Positions 38,794-52,389 are shown, numbered from the stretch's first letter. The stretch is DNA of 64,000 nucleotides from Octopus sinensis (GCF_006345805.1 NC_043015.1:24118001-24182000), one strand, 5' to 3'. A program made the numbers and translations. Notes: a model not told the origin generated them from the sequence alone.

Positions 38794-39638
38794 ATATTGT
38801 TGTATTCAGGAATGGTCATTTGGCCAGTTAAGTCAATAAAAACACACGCACTATATATTTGGTGTTACTTTGCTTCAGCGTTATTTATTTTTTATATAAA
38901 TCTTAATCTTATTACTGCCAGAGTTCTTTCGTCACACTCCTGTGACCGCATCAGTGGTCCTTTGCTTTCTTCTTTCTTATTTGTGTGTCTCTCTTTACTA
39001 ACAGTCAGCCATTTTGTATTTTGTATTTCTATTGTATGTGTCTTCATTTGCGCATGCGTATACCTCTATGTGTGTCTGTTTAGTTACTGTGTGGGGGGAG
39101 TGCCTGTAATATTTGTATGTCCTGTTTATATACGTTCGTGTAATTTGTTTTTGTTTTTTTTGTTTTATTATTATTACTATTATTATTATTATGCATAATA
39201 ATAATAATAAGTAGGTGTAAACACACGAAAACATTAAAAATAAACAAAAACAAAGACAAAAAAACAAAAACAAATTACACGAACGTATATAAACAGGAGA
39301 TACAAATATTACAGGCACTTCACCCCCCCCACACACACACACACTAACTAAACATAGACACACAGAGATATACGCATGCGCAAATGAAGACACATACAAT
39401 AGAAATACAAAATACAAAATGGCTGACCGTTAGTAAGGAGAGACATACAAATAAGAAAGAAGAAAGCAAAGGACTACTGAGGCGGTCACAGGAGTGCGAT
39501 GAAAGAACTCTGGCCGAAATAAGATTAAGATTAATGTAAAAAAATTAATAACGCTGAAGCAAAGTGACACCAAATATATAGTGCGTGTGTTTTTATTGGC
39601 TAAACTGGCCAAGTGACCATTCCTAAATACAACAATAT
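38794..39638. repeat. ~845-bp inverted duplication (arms ~400 and ~445 bp) centred on (TAT)n-GC-(ATA)n
   Basis: 38794-39193 is the reverse complement of 39194-39638, apart from scattered substitutions and a ~45-nt insert in the right arm. Confidence 0.95.
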
Positions 39639-39827
39639 CTGTTTCAACACACGATTTCACATAAAGAATCTTGCAAAACACACACGCACACCACACACAC
39701 ACACACACACACACACAGATATATATATATATATATATATATATGCTAATATAGGATGAAGTTTTCTTACAGAAAAAACTTCATCAAAAAAGTGCCAGTA
39801 TATTAAAATACCTTTAAAGGTTAAAAT

Positions 39828-40243
39828 TATAAACAGCTTATAAACAAACTCAAAAGAAAATTATTTCTATGCCAATATGCTGATAACAGATTTTTAAATC
39901 GTCAATTTCCACATATTCTCCCCACTACAGAATTACGTTGTGCTTAAATCGAGGATAGCTAGCCAACATAATTTTTTTTTAAATTTCGTTATTTCTATAT
40001 TGAATCAATTAAATCAATAGATTTTTTCCTCTTCAGTAGAAAATACGAAGAGAAATAAATGAAATACTTACATGCGCCCATGGAAAAAAGCCGAAGCAAA
40101 AGTCATGAGTACATATAAGTATCCAGATATATCTAAATATAATTCTGTAGTGGGTATAATAATATGTGGAAATTGACGATTTAAAAGTCTATTGTCAGCA
40201 TATTGGCATAGAAATAATTTTCTTTTGCCCTTGTTTATAAGTT

Positions 40244-40250
<7 letters not shown>
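39828..40250. repeat. ~110-bp inverted repeat pair (39828-39935 / 40140-40250)
   Basis: TATAAACAGCTTATAAAC...CCCACTACAGAATT versus its reverse complement. Confidence 0.9.
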
Positions 40251-40284
<34 letters not shown>

Positions 40285-40568
40285 AATACATGAGGGTACA
40301 GTATCTAGGCTGCTTATTTCTGGATCGCAGTATGCTAATCTCTAACTGCGGTGGTAATATTTCCAAAATGTAATTGTAAATTACCATTTCTGTGGAAAAT
40401 CGAAGAGAAGGCTTTCATATAAATATTACACTTGAAATCATTTACTGTCATCTTTTGTTTTTCTTCTGTTTAGTTATTGTGTCTGCCTATTTAGAGCGTT
40501 GCTTATGCCATTCAAGCATGTGTCATCAGAATCCATTTATGTAAAGACAAAATGCAACACACGTACAG

Positions 40569-40611
<43 letters not shown>

Positions 40612-40768
40612 CAAACGTTTGGATTGATATGGTTATATGTATATTCTTATATATATGCCAGTGCTTATATATGCGAGTTTGCGGATTTCTGTCTACATAT
40701 AAGTATATTTACAAATATATTAATATATTCACACACGCACACACACGCACACACACGCACACACACAC

Positions 40769-40817
<49 letters not shown>

Positions 40818-41110
40818 ACATATATATATATATATGAATAAGAAATTAATTTTGCTCTTCTAAGAGGAATTCTTTCCAGGAGAAAATCAATAGGAATTAT
40901 TATAATTGATGATTCCAACTTAATGATATATACGTTAGATTTGCTGGTTGTAGCAGCAGTGTTACAGAATGGACGGTAGGCAAGATTACGATTATTGCTA
41001 GTTTGCAAATTGAAAATTACACTTGTTTAACATAAATCATTGATCTGAACTGAATGCTTTGAACAGAAGGAATAACTAATTATGTTAATGCCAACCTCTA
41101 CATACAACAG

Positions 41111-41177
41111 AGATATATAGCAGCAGCGTTGCTGAAACAGCCGGCATTTGCAGATAGACTTGTTAGTGCCATTGTCG
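41111..41177 (+). CDS. weak candidate exon (RYIAAALLKQPAFADRLVSAIV)
   Basis: CTAAT branch-like motif, CAG acceptor and G|GTAAGC donor. Only one frame is open. Confidence 0.25.
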
Positions 41178-42779
41178 GTAAGCGTGGAAAGAAAACGAAC
41201 GGACTTAAGTGGACGCGTTAGATGATGTGTGATTTGAAAAGATCTGTTAGATAAACTCATTAATATGTTTAAATTAGTGAACCACGTTGGTGTTAAAGCT
41301 GTTTTCGCTTATTAATTTATTAATTTACTTTAGCATTATAGAGCCAGAAGTAAACTAAGCAGGCAAAAATCTGACCGCGTCTCCTTGATATCTGGCGTCA
41401 CTTGCCTTTTGGAAGTTACTCACTCCAGAAAATTTCAGTTCAGGAAGTCAGGGATGACAGCCAGATCAATTAAATAATTATAGCTCAATCAGGAGCGTAC
41501 AGACTTTCTCACTCGAGCCAGATAATTTCTTCAACAAAAACTAAAATAATAATCGCTTAATCGTAATATTGCAGGTGTTTTTTCACCAGATGTTACCTTC
41601 ATGAGAACAATTTCGTCAGATATGATGAAAGAAAAAATATATATGTATCATGGATTGCAACAATTAAGCTTGAAATATTTATTGTGTTGCATGAGCATGT
41701 CAAAAGCCATAAATTCCCCAACTCGATGATTATTTTAACATGTTGCTTCTCACCCAGAAGATACATTGTAAGAGGACTGGAGAAAATTTCATTGAAAAAT
41801 TTAACTGTAAGAAGTGCATCCAGTTTACAGCTTTCTATGTTTGCAAAAACACTCATTTGTTGCTGAAAATTGTCATAATTAATGGATGGAGCAATATAAA
41901 ACTGAATTGACAGATAAAAAGTCTTCGTATAATTTTATCCATTGAAACCACAAATAATGAGCAATTCTGACGTAATAAAAATATTAACTGTACTTTATTA
42001 GAATATATTATTGTAAGCACAGTCTTTAATCCTTTCCAATCTGTCGTTAATACTTTTTACCAAAATGTAAATTTCACCGGACTAGAATCGGATATAGAAG
42101 CTAAGGAAGAATAATCGAGCGTTTCTCGTGTTTGCACGACCTCCGGTTGTCTGCTGAAGATAATTTAAATATTAGGAACTACTGCGGGCATTATATAGAT
42201 TTGGTAAAGGCATTGATATGTAATTAGGTTTAGAAAAATGCAACAGGGCAAGCTTGAAGAAAGGAGAAAAATGAATTACGAATATTTATGTCATGCTAGC
42301 TAGTGAAACAAAGACACGAGAACTACTTCAAATAAAGAAATACTATTATTTGGAAGTAAAGAACCGAATATACTACAATACCCAGAAATGAATGAAACAG
42401 TTTGGAAAAGAAAATTACAGACAAATCCAAAGGCAAACAATAGGTTAACGGCCATCGAATCTCTATCATGGCAACAAATTATAGTTATCGTATTTTCGAT
42501 TGGATGCTATAAGACTTAACAAGAAATCACAAGAAAAGCAAGAAAAGACAAGGAAACAAAACAACAAAATTAACATAATGACCGTAGCCAGAGTATGCTA
42601 ACCAAAGTCTGGCAGCAAAACATTATATTTATCAAGAATCCAGGAAAACTGGAGCCTTCTGCTTCTTGTAAAACTAACAGAAAATATTTACGATCATAAA
42701 AATATACAGTAAAAAACAAAAACAAATGGAAAGTTAATACAAACTGATAAATAACAAGCAAGAAAGTAAACCGGGAATT

Positions 42780-43330
42780 ATTTAGCATAGAACTAAATAA
42801 GAGATAATTCAGGAGATGAAGAAACAAATAACGAAGTTATATATATATTTCCATCGCTTCACTGACCTTAATGCGAGTTTCCAAGCTGATTTATGGCAAC
42901 AACAGTATACGATCAACTCCTCATCACAAAAAGTTTCGGAAACATACTTGGAACCCGAATACTTTAGGCAACAACAGACTATATGGAAGCAAGAAACAAA
43001 GAGTATACTGGTTCTGCCTTCTGAGATTAGTCAAGAGAGAATTCATCTCCAGGAATGGCAGTTTGAGGTTTTTCATACGCTGGAGATTATTGCAGCATTA
43101 TCAAATGACCAGAGGAAAGGAAAGACACATACATGCAACAGGAAATGTGTCAGTGAATCACTTAAGGGTGAGGAGGAGAGAAAGTACCACTTTATAGAAA
43201 TATCAACCACAGCAGATAATACTGTAGTCTCTGAACGGAATGGAGAAATTCCTCAAATATAATGATCTGCAAAAGAAATATAACCAACGTAGGCATAGCT
43301 CTGTGTACTCTGCAATCACAGGGCAGTGCA
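42780..43330 (+). mobile_element. R4/Dong-like LINE C-terminal relic (CCHC region and restriction-like endonuclease)
   Basis: ...KREFISRN...FFIRWRLLQHYQM and KYHFIEISTTADNTVVSER-MEKFLKYNDLQK match the D..P.D..K..KY.DL pattern. Confidence 0.65.
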
Positions 43331-43713
43331 ATGTTTAAGGAATGATTGACGGAAACTGCTGGGAGGCCTGTCATGTGTATATGTGTGTTTTTGTGTTTGT
43401 CTTCCAACAGCTTCACCACCACTGCTGGTTTGTTTATCTCTCAGTAACTGAGAGTTTCGGCAAAACATTTCGACGGAAGAAATACCAAAGCTTATAAAAT
43501 GATCTGGTGTAGAATTCATCGATTAAACTTTTGAAGGCGATGCCATAGCATTATCGCAATCCAGTGGCTGAAACATGTAAAAGGATAAGAGTCTTTCATA
43601 ACTGATAACAGAAACAATCCCTATAATAAAGTTTATGAGGAATATACGTAACGAAACCCAAAGATAGACACATCTAAGCACAAGACGAAAATAGCAAAAC
43701 TAGTGACAGCATA

Positions 43714-44973
43714 CGAGGGGCGTTCAATAAGTAATGACTCTGACCCACTTGATCTAGCTGAAATTTTGCATGTGCACTTATTTATACCTCTATAGATTAA
43801 GTGACGAATTACAGCTCTGAACTAATTGTGGTTTCTGATTTACAGGTGTTTGAACTGAGTCAAGTGTGAAATGGAGCCTGTTGGGTGTCGAGCAGTGATC
43901 TGGTATTTGTATTTGAAAGGACGCACACCACGGGAGACTTTTGATGAAATGAAAGTAACTTATGGTGATGATGCCCCATCATATGACCTTGTAAAACGCT
44001 GGCATTGTGAATTCAAACATAGTCGGAACTCTGTGGAAACAGCTCCCAGATCTGGTCGCCCCCTTCTGCCGTTGATGAGACGTCTGTCCGTCAAGTTGAG
44101 GCTGCCATTTTGGAAGGTCAACGCATAACTATTCGCCAAATAGCCCATAGGGTCAAGATTAGTACCGGGTCTGTGGAAACTATCATTCATGACCATTTGC
44201 ATATGCAAAAGGTATCTGCCAGATGGATTTCCAGGTTGCTCACACCCTTCCAGAAGCAAGAACGCGTTGAGTGCTCGAGGATGAATTTGGAGATGTGCCA
44301 AGAAGATGAGTCAAAAGTTTTCAAAAGACTGATCACACAGGATAAAACCTGGGTCCATCACTATGATCCAGAGACCAAAGCCCAGTCAATGCAGTGAAAG
44401 CACCGTGACTCACCTCCTCCAAAGAAGGCAAGGGTGCAGCCCTCCGCTGACAAGGTTATGCTCACAGTCTTCTGGGACCAGGACGGAGTAGTGATGACAG
44501 ATTTCCTGGCAAAGGGTACCACAATTACAGGAGCCTATTATGCTTCACTTTTGAGGAAATTAAGAGAAGCTATCAAAATCAAGAGGCGGGGCAAGATCAG
44601 CAAAGGCATCCTCCTCCTGCAGGACAACGCTCCGGTCCACAACTCGCGTGTCGCCAGATCAGAAGCACAGGCGTGCAGCTATGAACTCCTCCCCTTGCAC
44701 CCTCTGATTTTCACCTCTTCCCAGCCATGAAGTTGATTTTGAAAGGAAAGCGTTTCCCAGATGATGCAGCCTTGATTTCTGAAGTCACGTCGTGGTTGGA
44801 GGACCAAGCTGGGGTCTTCTACAAAAACGGTCTCCAGAGCTGTATCAAACGATGGGAGAAATGCATAACTCTGAGTAGTTCCTATGTAGGAAAAGACTAA
44901 TAACTGTGCCAAGTGTCGTTGCTCTACTGCTATGGGAAGTGGGTCAGGGGCATTACTTATTGAACGCCCCTTG
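43714..44973 (+). mobile_element. mariner (DD34D) transposon, full length, inactive
   Basis: TA target duplication (43712-13 and 44974-75) and ~38-bp TIRs CGAGGGGCGTTCAATAAGTAAT. Transposase from 43871 with TQDKTW, LQDNAP and SDFHLF motifs. Frameshift near 44070, TGA at 44395-97, and a deletion removing the HPPYSPD segment. Confidence 0.96.
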
Positions 44974-46860
44974 TACATATTACGTAGTGTATTGAAATAC
45001 GATTTGAATTTCTGTTACTCTCTTGTTTTTTCCCTTTGGTCAAAGCCAATGGGACATCGTCTCCAAGGGTTTTAGTCAAATACCTTGACGCATGATTTAC
45101 TGTTTGTTGTACCGACTTTATACACGCTTTCAAATTCAAAGACACATACATAGGTTATACATAGATCAAACGCACCGTTTTCAGATACACTCTGAACTAT
45201 TAAATTAACAGTTGCTCATGGCTAGGACCTAAATAAAGAGAGGAGAATTTCAATCAATATAGCAGAGCTGGGCTGGAAGAGCCAGTGATATATTGTGAAC
45301 ATATCTAATATGTTATACCCATATTTTAAAGGGTTATTACTTTCCCCGAGTCCGAAAAATATCTTCCATCTGAGACTCTAGCCATGTTTGCAAAATCTTT
45401 GATTGTATCGCTGCTAAGTTTAATCAAAGAAGACCTTGGGTTAAAACATCAACAATACACATACGACGAAGCAAAAGTTCCTAACTCTTCCAAAATCTCT
45501 GAACCTGCAGCTGTCATTAAAGGACCAAACAATAGAAATTGACATTATCATCAACCATCATCATCACTTTAGTCCTCATCGCCGCTTTCGTCGTTGTCAT
45601 CATCATCGTCAACATCATCATCGACATGCATGACACTTCCTAAACCAATCAACTCTCTATGGTCTCTCAACCTGCTACAATTCACAGTCTAATCGGTCAG
45701 CAACCTTATACAAAGAGATAATATTTGCTTTGCATTTCCTGCGTAGAGAAGAAAATGGTGCGATTGTCACGGCTGGAATGCTTTTGCTGTTTAGTCTTCC
45801 CCATTACCTGAGCGTTGCTACGTACCATCAACGACTACAGCATTAACAACACAGCTATATCCCTCACTGCACGCCTCCACCACAAACCAACAACATTAGT
45901 ATTTCCCTCTCCCTGAACGACATCTAGCAAATCTTTGACGATGATAGAAATGGAAACTTCTTGTGGTTGTTTCACAATCTTTTCTCTGCACTCAAGAGTG
46001 GACGACGAAAATAAAGTTAAAATTTCAATAATTTACGATTAGAAAATTGGTAAAAATTCCCCAATCTGAGGTCATTTACACAGATTTCTACTTTCAGAAA
46101 ATTTATTATCATATATGCCAAAGCAGCTAAATTTTTTTTAATTTTTAAATCGCTTTTAAATGTAAGTTCAATCATATACGAGACTTCTGTGAAAAAAATT
46201 CTGATAGATTGTATTACGAGTGCGCGCGCGTGTGTGTATGAGCTAACGGACGTAGTGTGAGAAAAAAAATCTGACAAGGACTATAAACATGGAGAAAAAT
46301 TAACGCAAATCAAATCATGTTAGAGGAGAACAGTGGAATACAAAACATTTTCTAAATATTATCAAATTATAGTTGTCTTTTGTTTTATATTTTTTGCTAT
46401 CGTAAGTAAATCTAATATTGCTGTCGTGTGAGACACCTTAAGGCAAATGTGTATTTTAGTGAGTGTACATGAATGTCTGTGAGTGTGTGTGTGTGTGTGT
46501 TGTGTGTGTGTGTGTGTGTGCGTGCGTGTGCGTGCGCGCTCTTGCGTTTGAATATGTAGATTAATGTAACTTGTGGAAACTACAGCAGATGTGTTCTTAA
46601 CCCAGACCGCAATTTGTTCAGTGATTACAAGGTTGCTGACATTTGCGTTAAGTGCAATACTGAAAGAATTGGAATACGAAATATAACAATAAATATCGCT
46701 CAAACATTTTAGCGTTCAACACCCGAGTAATATGTGGTTAATAGAACAGTGTTTTCAAAGCTGTTTTCACATCGATTCTACTGTGTTCGATATTTTCATA
46801 ATTTCTAAAAATAAGCCCTTCACGCGATGCTTTAATGTTTCGTTTTATATATATATATAC

Positions 46861-46900
<40 letters not shown>

Positions 46901-46920
46901 GACAATTATTCGGTAACCAT

Positions 46921-46981
46921 GATAAAACTCCAAGTTTCGGATGCCGAGGTGGAAATCCACGCTGCCATCTCTTCAGTTATC
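46921..46981 (-). ncRNA. type I hammerhead ribozyme-like motif
   Basis: GATAA-CTGAAGA-[long stem II]-GAAA-CT-TGG-AG-T-T-TTATC. Complete core, 5-bp stem I, 3-bp stem III, GUU cleavage triplet. Confidence 0.6.
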
Positions 46982-46984
46982 CGG

Positions 46985-47038
<54 letters not shown>

Positions 47039-47295
47039 TAAACAGATATCTTTCAGTTTCCGTTTACCAAATCCATTGACAGCACTTTTGTCGAACCGAG
47101 GCTATAGAAGGTGGCACGTGTCCCAGGTGCCATGGATGTGGTAGAAACTGGAAAAATGTAGTTGGGCAGCAAACCTCTTACTGCATCGCCATTTCTCAAA
47201 ATACCACGATGTACAGTTAAACGTTCAACCTGGTGCTTGGAGAGCGAACTCTTCATTATTAGTTGGTGCATCGATATCGAAGATGATAAAGGACG

Positions 47296-47960
47296 TCACA
47301 TGAGAGAAGATGGAGCATGATGTGTTCGCCTGTGGGCAATCAAACCGATGGATGTCCAGAAAGCTATGCCCAAGGTCGAGCAATCGTCGCTTGTTGGCAC
47401 TGAATGCAAAGAGTTGGCTCTCCACTTAGGTAGTTCGCGTTTTCTTTGTGCTGCTACAATCCCATTCTGTTCGTAGTAAGTGACGCCACAGTGTTGGTGC
47501 ATCTTTTCCAGGCAGAGAGATTTTATGTTTGCGTTTCCCACGTTTTGATGTTCATTTTAAATCTCTTCAATGAAGCTTTGTGTCTGTCCTTGAAACGCTT
47601 TCTCAGTCCACCTTACGTGTGTTTGCCTTCCACCAGTTCGCCGTAAAATGGTGTCATGGGGAAGCATTAGTCAGGCATTCAAACAAGGTGACCCGCCCAC
47701 CTAACCTTTGCTTTCCTTATCAGTGTCTAAATGCTTTTGCAGATCGGTTCGAGAAAGTACCTCCGTTTCTGGGACATTGCCTTGCATATGAGTTTCAACA
47801 GATATCTCAGGCGGTTCATGTGGAAGCGGTTTGGCTGTTTGGTATGCGTAAATCATTCAAGCCTTGCAGGCGTACAGTAGTGTATGCAGTACGACTGCTT
47901 GCATACTTACATGGATACTTATATTCATGTATGCTTCAATTTGTTCATTCAGCACGTATG
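47296..47960 (-). mobile_element. RTE LINE 3' fragment, decayed
   Basis: VVLHTLLYAC...RFHMNRLRYLLKL...VRWAGHLV...RKRFKD...IGLIAHRRTH. Confidence 0.75.
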
Positions 47961-48547
47961 TCTTTGTATAGACAGACAGATAGATGGATAGGTAGATGGA
48001 TAGATAGATGGATAACCTTACTTCGATAAATACATTTATAAACATTATTTTTGAGAGATTACCTTGCAAAGTTTATGAAGCACGGACATTTACGAATGGT
48101 TTCGTAGCAAAGTTCCTCTTATTTGAAATAATAAATGAATCAGTTGTTTGATATATTTTCAAAGCGTTCTTTCTGTTTCAGTTTAAATAATTCAAAATCA
48201 CCCGCTTCCAACAGATATTCTGCCAGACTGTTTCATTCTGTTCTGTAATCCAAAACAAAATGGTCGACTTCAGTACTGTGCTATGTGAAAGTCTGTTCGC
48301 TTCAATCTGTTTCAGTCTTTTTACCTTTTTAATGGTTGCTACCAATGGACTGCAATCAAACTGGGTAAAACCCCATCAACAGCTTCGGTCCAACTTTTGA
48401 TATCGACCACCATGTTTCTGTCTCTGGTATATATTTCACCAACATACACACAGAATAACATATATGCATATATGCATATGTATATAAGCCGCGCTTAAAT
48501 ACAGTTTGCGTCTGCGAAGTTCACTAACGAAGCATCGATCCGATCGT

Positions 48548-51340
48548 TACTAAGGTGGAAGACACTTGTTCAATATGATGTCCGACTTAGGAGAAATCCT
48601 TTTCTCATAGCCATTCAGGAGAGTTGAGAAGGTCTGCAGCTTCTCCAGCGTGATCTCTAGAGCAACCATCACATCGATTCTGTATGACCTGAGGTCGTCG
48701 AGGAAACAAGCCTGATTCCACTTCGAGCCCAGACCACGTACATTTAAGCAACCAATACGAGACACTTTTCAACGATGCTTTCTTCCACATGTTCGAACTT
48801 CTTCTTCTCCACATCGTATGACTTGTAAATAATCGTTTCTTCTTTCTTCTTGTTTATTAATTCATTTGGTTGATTTATTCTACTCCTACCGTTTTCTTCC
48901 ATTATCATGTCAAAATAGGCCTTCTCTTTCAAGAATTATATTCTCAGATCCACCAACAGCGGTGGCAAAATTCTTTGTTTGATTTTTTTTTTTCTTTAAT
49001 CGAGACATTTAAAAAATATTCTTCCACAGAGAAAATATTCAAAAGCACGCAAAAAACGTTTTAACAATTGTTCTAAAACGAAACACAGTTCAAAAAGCAA
49101 GCGGCAAAAAACAATTTATATATCCTTCCCCCTTTGGGAAGCATAACAGTTCATAAAATTTTTACACACAAAAATTATTTTTAACAACGTTTCCCTCACG
49201 GGAAACAACAGTACAAAAGTAACAAATCCTGCAAGCAGGCAACCATTTTCAAGATAACCAACCTTTCAGTGAAAAACTTAACGCATAAACAAAATGATTA
49301 AACAAGCAGATCTGAGAGCTGTGTTGCTTCTTACAAATGTTTGAAGTTTGCCCTGTTTTATAGGGGGTTCATGGTTCAAATTAGTACATGTTTTGAATAA
49401 GATTTGATTGGTAGAAGATGACTGGTCTTTGAAATTTTTGTAGGTTCCTCGCTACGTCTGTGTGTTAGTATCAAGTGACAATGTTGGGCGTCGTAAGTTA
49501 AGGCTGACACGGTTGACTGAACAAGTCCAAAAAATCAATGCTCTGAACGTTTTCTGTCAAGTGTTTGTAGAGAATGAACATATTCTCTAAACCATTTCCA
49601 GTTGTTTGTTTATTCTTTGCACGCATGTGTGTGTCTGTCTTCCTTTTTGTCTGTATAAACGGATGAAACGCCTCTAAGCCTTTTGTCCGACATGCCAACA
49701 ATTTTACCCCATTATGGCACAGGGCCAGATATTTCTGGGCGTGGAAGTCGATTACATTGGCCGTAGTACTTAACTTATTTTATCGACTACAGAAAGATGA
49801 AACGCAAAACCGAGCACCAAGGTCGATTTTCCTTAACAACGATTTTCCTTAACAACTTCCACTCCTTTCCACCTGTGATGTCCACCCTTTTCTCATCGGT
49901 AAGTGGAATATAATCGGGTGCTGAGAAGTGTTTGGGGAAACTCGGTGTCGGTATGGTTACTGGAGTTGGTGGTACCACGGTAGAATCTGCTGATGGTAAT
50001 GATGTTGCTGCTGTTGATGCCGGAGTCCCGGTAGCCGTCTCTCTTTTTCTTTCAGTCTAGGACAAGAGTCTTTTAGGTGGTTAGTTAAAAAGCAAATATG
50101 GCACTTTGCTTTCCTTCGATTTACCCTGACTGGGATTATGCTGCCTCCAGGAAGAAGGATCTGGTCCGGGATGAGATCCACATTATTTTGAGTCGTTTAT
50201 ATAAGGAATTCTATTGTCATCCCGGACCAGTTCTCCTTTTTGGTCTGATAGGTTTCGAGGATCTTCCAGTTTTCCTCGATGTCTATTGCCACTGCAGCAA
50301 TTAGTCAAGGAATGGCTATTTCTGACGGCACCTGTTGAATGCTTATTTCGACCAGTCTCTGACCGCAGTAGAAAAGAACTAGCAACAGTTCTTCGCTTTT
50401 GAGGGGATTCAGAGAGTAATGTTCGGCTTTTTCCTCGGTGCGGAATCGAACGTGCACAATTCCAGAGGCCTTTCCTCTCTGTCAATATTCCTTTAGATTC
50501 AAGACGGAAACTAAAGCTTTTTGTTTATGAGCCTTTGTGGTTCTTTCCACCCTCCTTGATTTAAACCGATTGTACGGTACGTCACTATGCGGCGTATCGT
50601 ATCCTGGATTGTCTCAGGGAGGGTGTTTAACTTTACTGCTATTCCATCTCTCTCAACTATCTGTCTTGCATTTTTAAGTTCTTCTTTGGATAATTGTATC
50701 CTCTGAAGAGATGAATTGGCTGCTCCAGCGAAAGAAAGTTTAGAAGAGTTATTCTAAGCCTTTACACCAGTTTGTGTCTCAAATCTTTCATTGTTTTTAT
50801 CATTAATATTGCTGTCGTTGCTGCTTGTCACCTTTGTTGCTGTTGTGGTTGTTGATGGAGCCGCTGATATTGTTGTTCTTACTGATGCTTTTACTACTGT
50901 TTCTGGTATTGCTGTTACTTTTACTCAACTCTTCCGTGGCTTCACTCGCGAAAGGGATCTCATTGCTTACATTTTAGAAATTGGTGCTTGTATTTCGAAG
51001 AATGTTGTCAAAAATGGAGGCTTTGCCTTTCCGAAGATCTTCTATGAGATCCTTCTCGAAAACATTGGCCATGTTGACAAAATTACAGCTAACGTCTCTT
51101 CTCATCCTTCAGCGCAAAGTTGCTTCCCACGCTCACACTGACACTCCTCACCTCTCCTCCTCACCTCTCCTCCTCTGCCACATCACCGCGTTTTGTTGTG
51201 TTTCTCCATGTTGGAGGGGAAAACGCAAACAACTATGATTAAAAAACAAAATCAACTGACCTGCCCCCCTCCACCACCACCACAACCAAAACTGGGGGAA
51301 AAGAGAGGAAAATAAACTTATCACTCGACACTAATTAACT
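48548..51340 (-). mobile_element. 5' half of a Tx1/L1-like LINE (ORF1 relic and start of ORF2 endonuclease), 3'-truncated
   Basis: ORF1 relic from ATG 51072 with zinc knuckle CHICFLTNHLKDSC (CX2CX4HX4C). ORF2 start SRIGCLNVRGL...DDLRSYRIDVMVALEI at 48765. Confidence 0.7.
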
Positions 51341-51467
51341 TGTTCGCCGGGATAGTATAAAACTGAAGGGTGCAACTACACTATTTTGTGTTTTTTCCTT
51401 ATAAAATGTTACGGAGTGAGATCATGCGAAGCTTGCCAGGCTGACGGCCATTATAACAAAAATGATG

Positions 51468-51469
<2 letters not shown>

Positions 51470-51525
<56 letters not shown>

Positions 51526-51538
51526 TAATAATAATAAT
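51470..51538. repeat. (AAT)n microsatellite
   Basis: Read directly from the sequence. Confidence 0.95.
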
Positions 51539-51544
51539 ATAATT

Positions 51545-51935
51545 TGTACTCTAGGTAAAGGCCTTGAACATTTTGGGGAAAGGGGGCTAGTCGATTACAT
51601 CGACACCAACACTTAACTTGTACAGTTTTCATCAGCCCCGACAGGATGAAAGGCAGAGTCGACTTTGGCAGAATTTGAACTCAGAACGTAGCGGTAGACG
51701 AAAAACCTATTTCTTTACTACCCACAAGGGGCTAAACACAAAGAGGACAAACAAGGACAGACAAACGGATTAAGTCGATTATATCGACCCCAGTGCGTAA
51801 CTGGTAATTAATTTATCGACCACGAAAGGATGAAAGGCAAAGTCGACCTCGGCGGAATTTGAACACAGAACGTAACGGCAGACGAAATACCGCTAAGCAT
51901 TTCGCCCAGTGTGCTAACGATTCTGCCATCTCGCC
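51545..51935 (-). mobile_element. dimeric family A SINE
   Basis: Same two-monomer arrangement and junction (GTAGTAAAGAAATA) as 30-428. Confidence 0.88.
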
Positions 51936-52389
51936 GGCCCAATAATGATGATAATAATGATAATAATAATAATGATGATGATAATAACGGTATAAAGCCC
52001 CACGACCTTCTCTTCATGCAAAGAATACCTCTCATATATCTCTTGAACATTTTACAATGGTCTGCAATTCCCTCTATTTACATTTACTCGAATTTGGTTA
52101 GACATAAAGAAATTTGAAAATTAAAACTTCCTGGCATAAACTAATAAGCTTTCTCTTTTTCGTGCAGATGAATGTTAAACGAATGCTGTAGCACCATTGC
52201 ATTAAATATTGTACAATCTGTCCGTTATAAATATTGAAAACTTACAGCGAAAATGCATTGACTTATATCTTCAAACGTATCGACATATACATTGATAATT
52301 AGATACGTATACACAGACACACACATATGTACCTTGATATACATACATGCATATATTATATATATTCAGTTATACACATATATACAGAA

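Noticed and set aside
39960-40045. CTGAAGA-based hammerhead on the minus strand
   Set aside because: Needs too many mismatches, and the sequence is AT-rich and low complexity.
50791-51238. Plus-strand hydrophobic ORFs (116 and 85 aa)
   Set aside because: Antisense of the Asn/Ser-rich ORF1 relic of the Tx1-like element.
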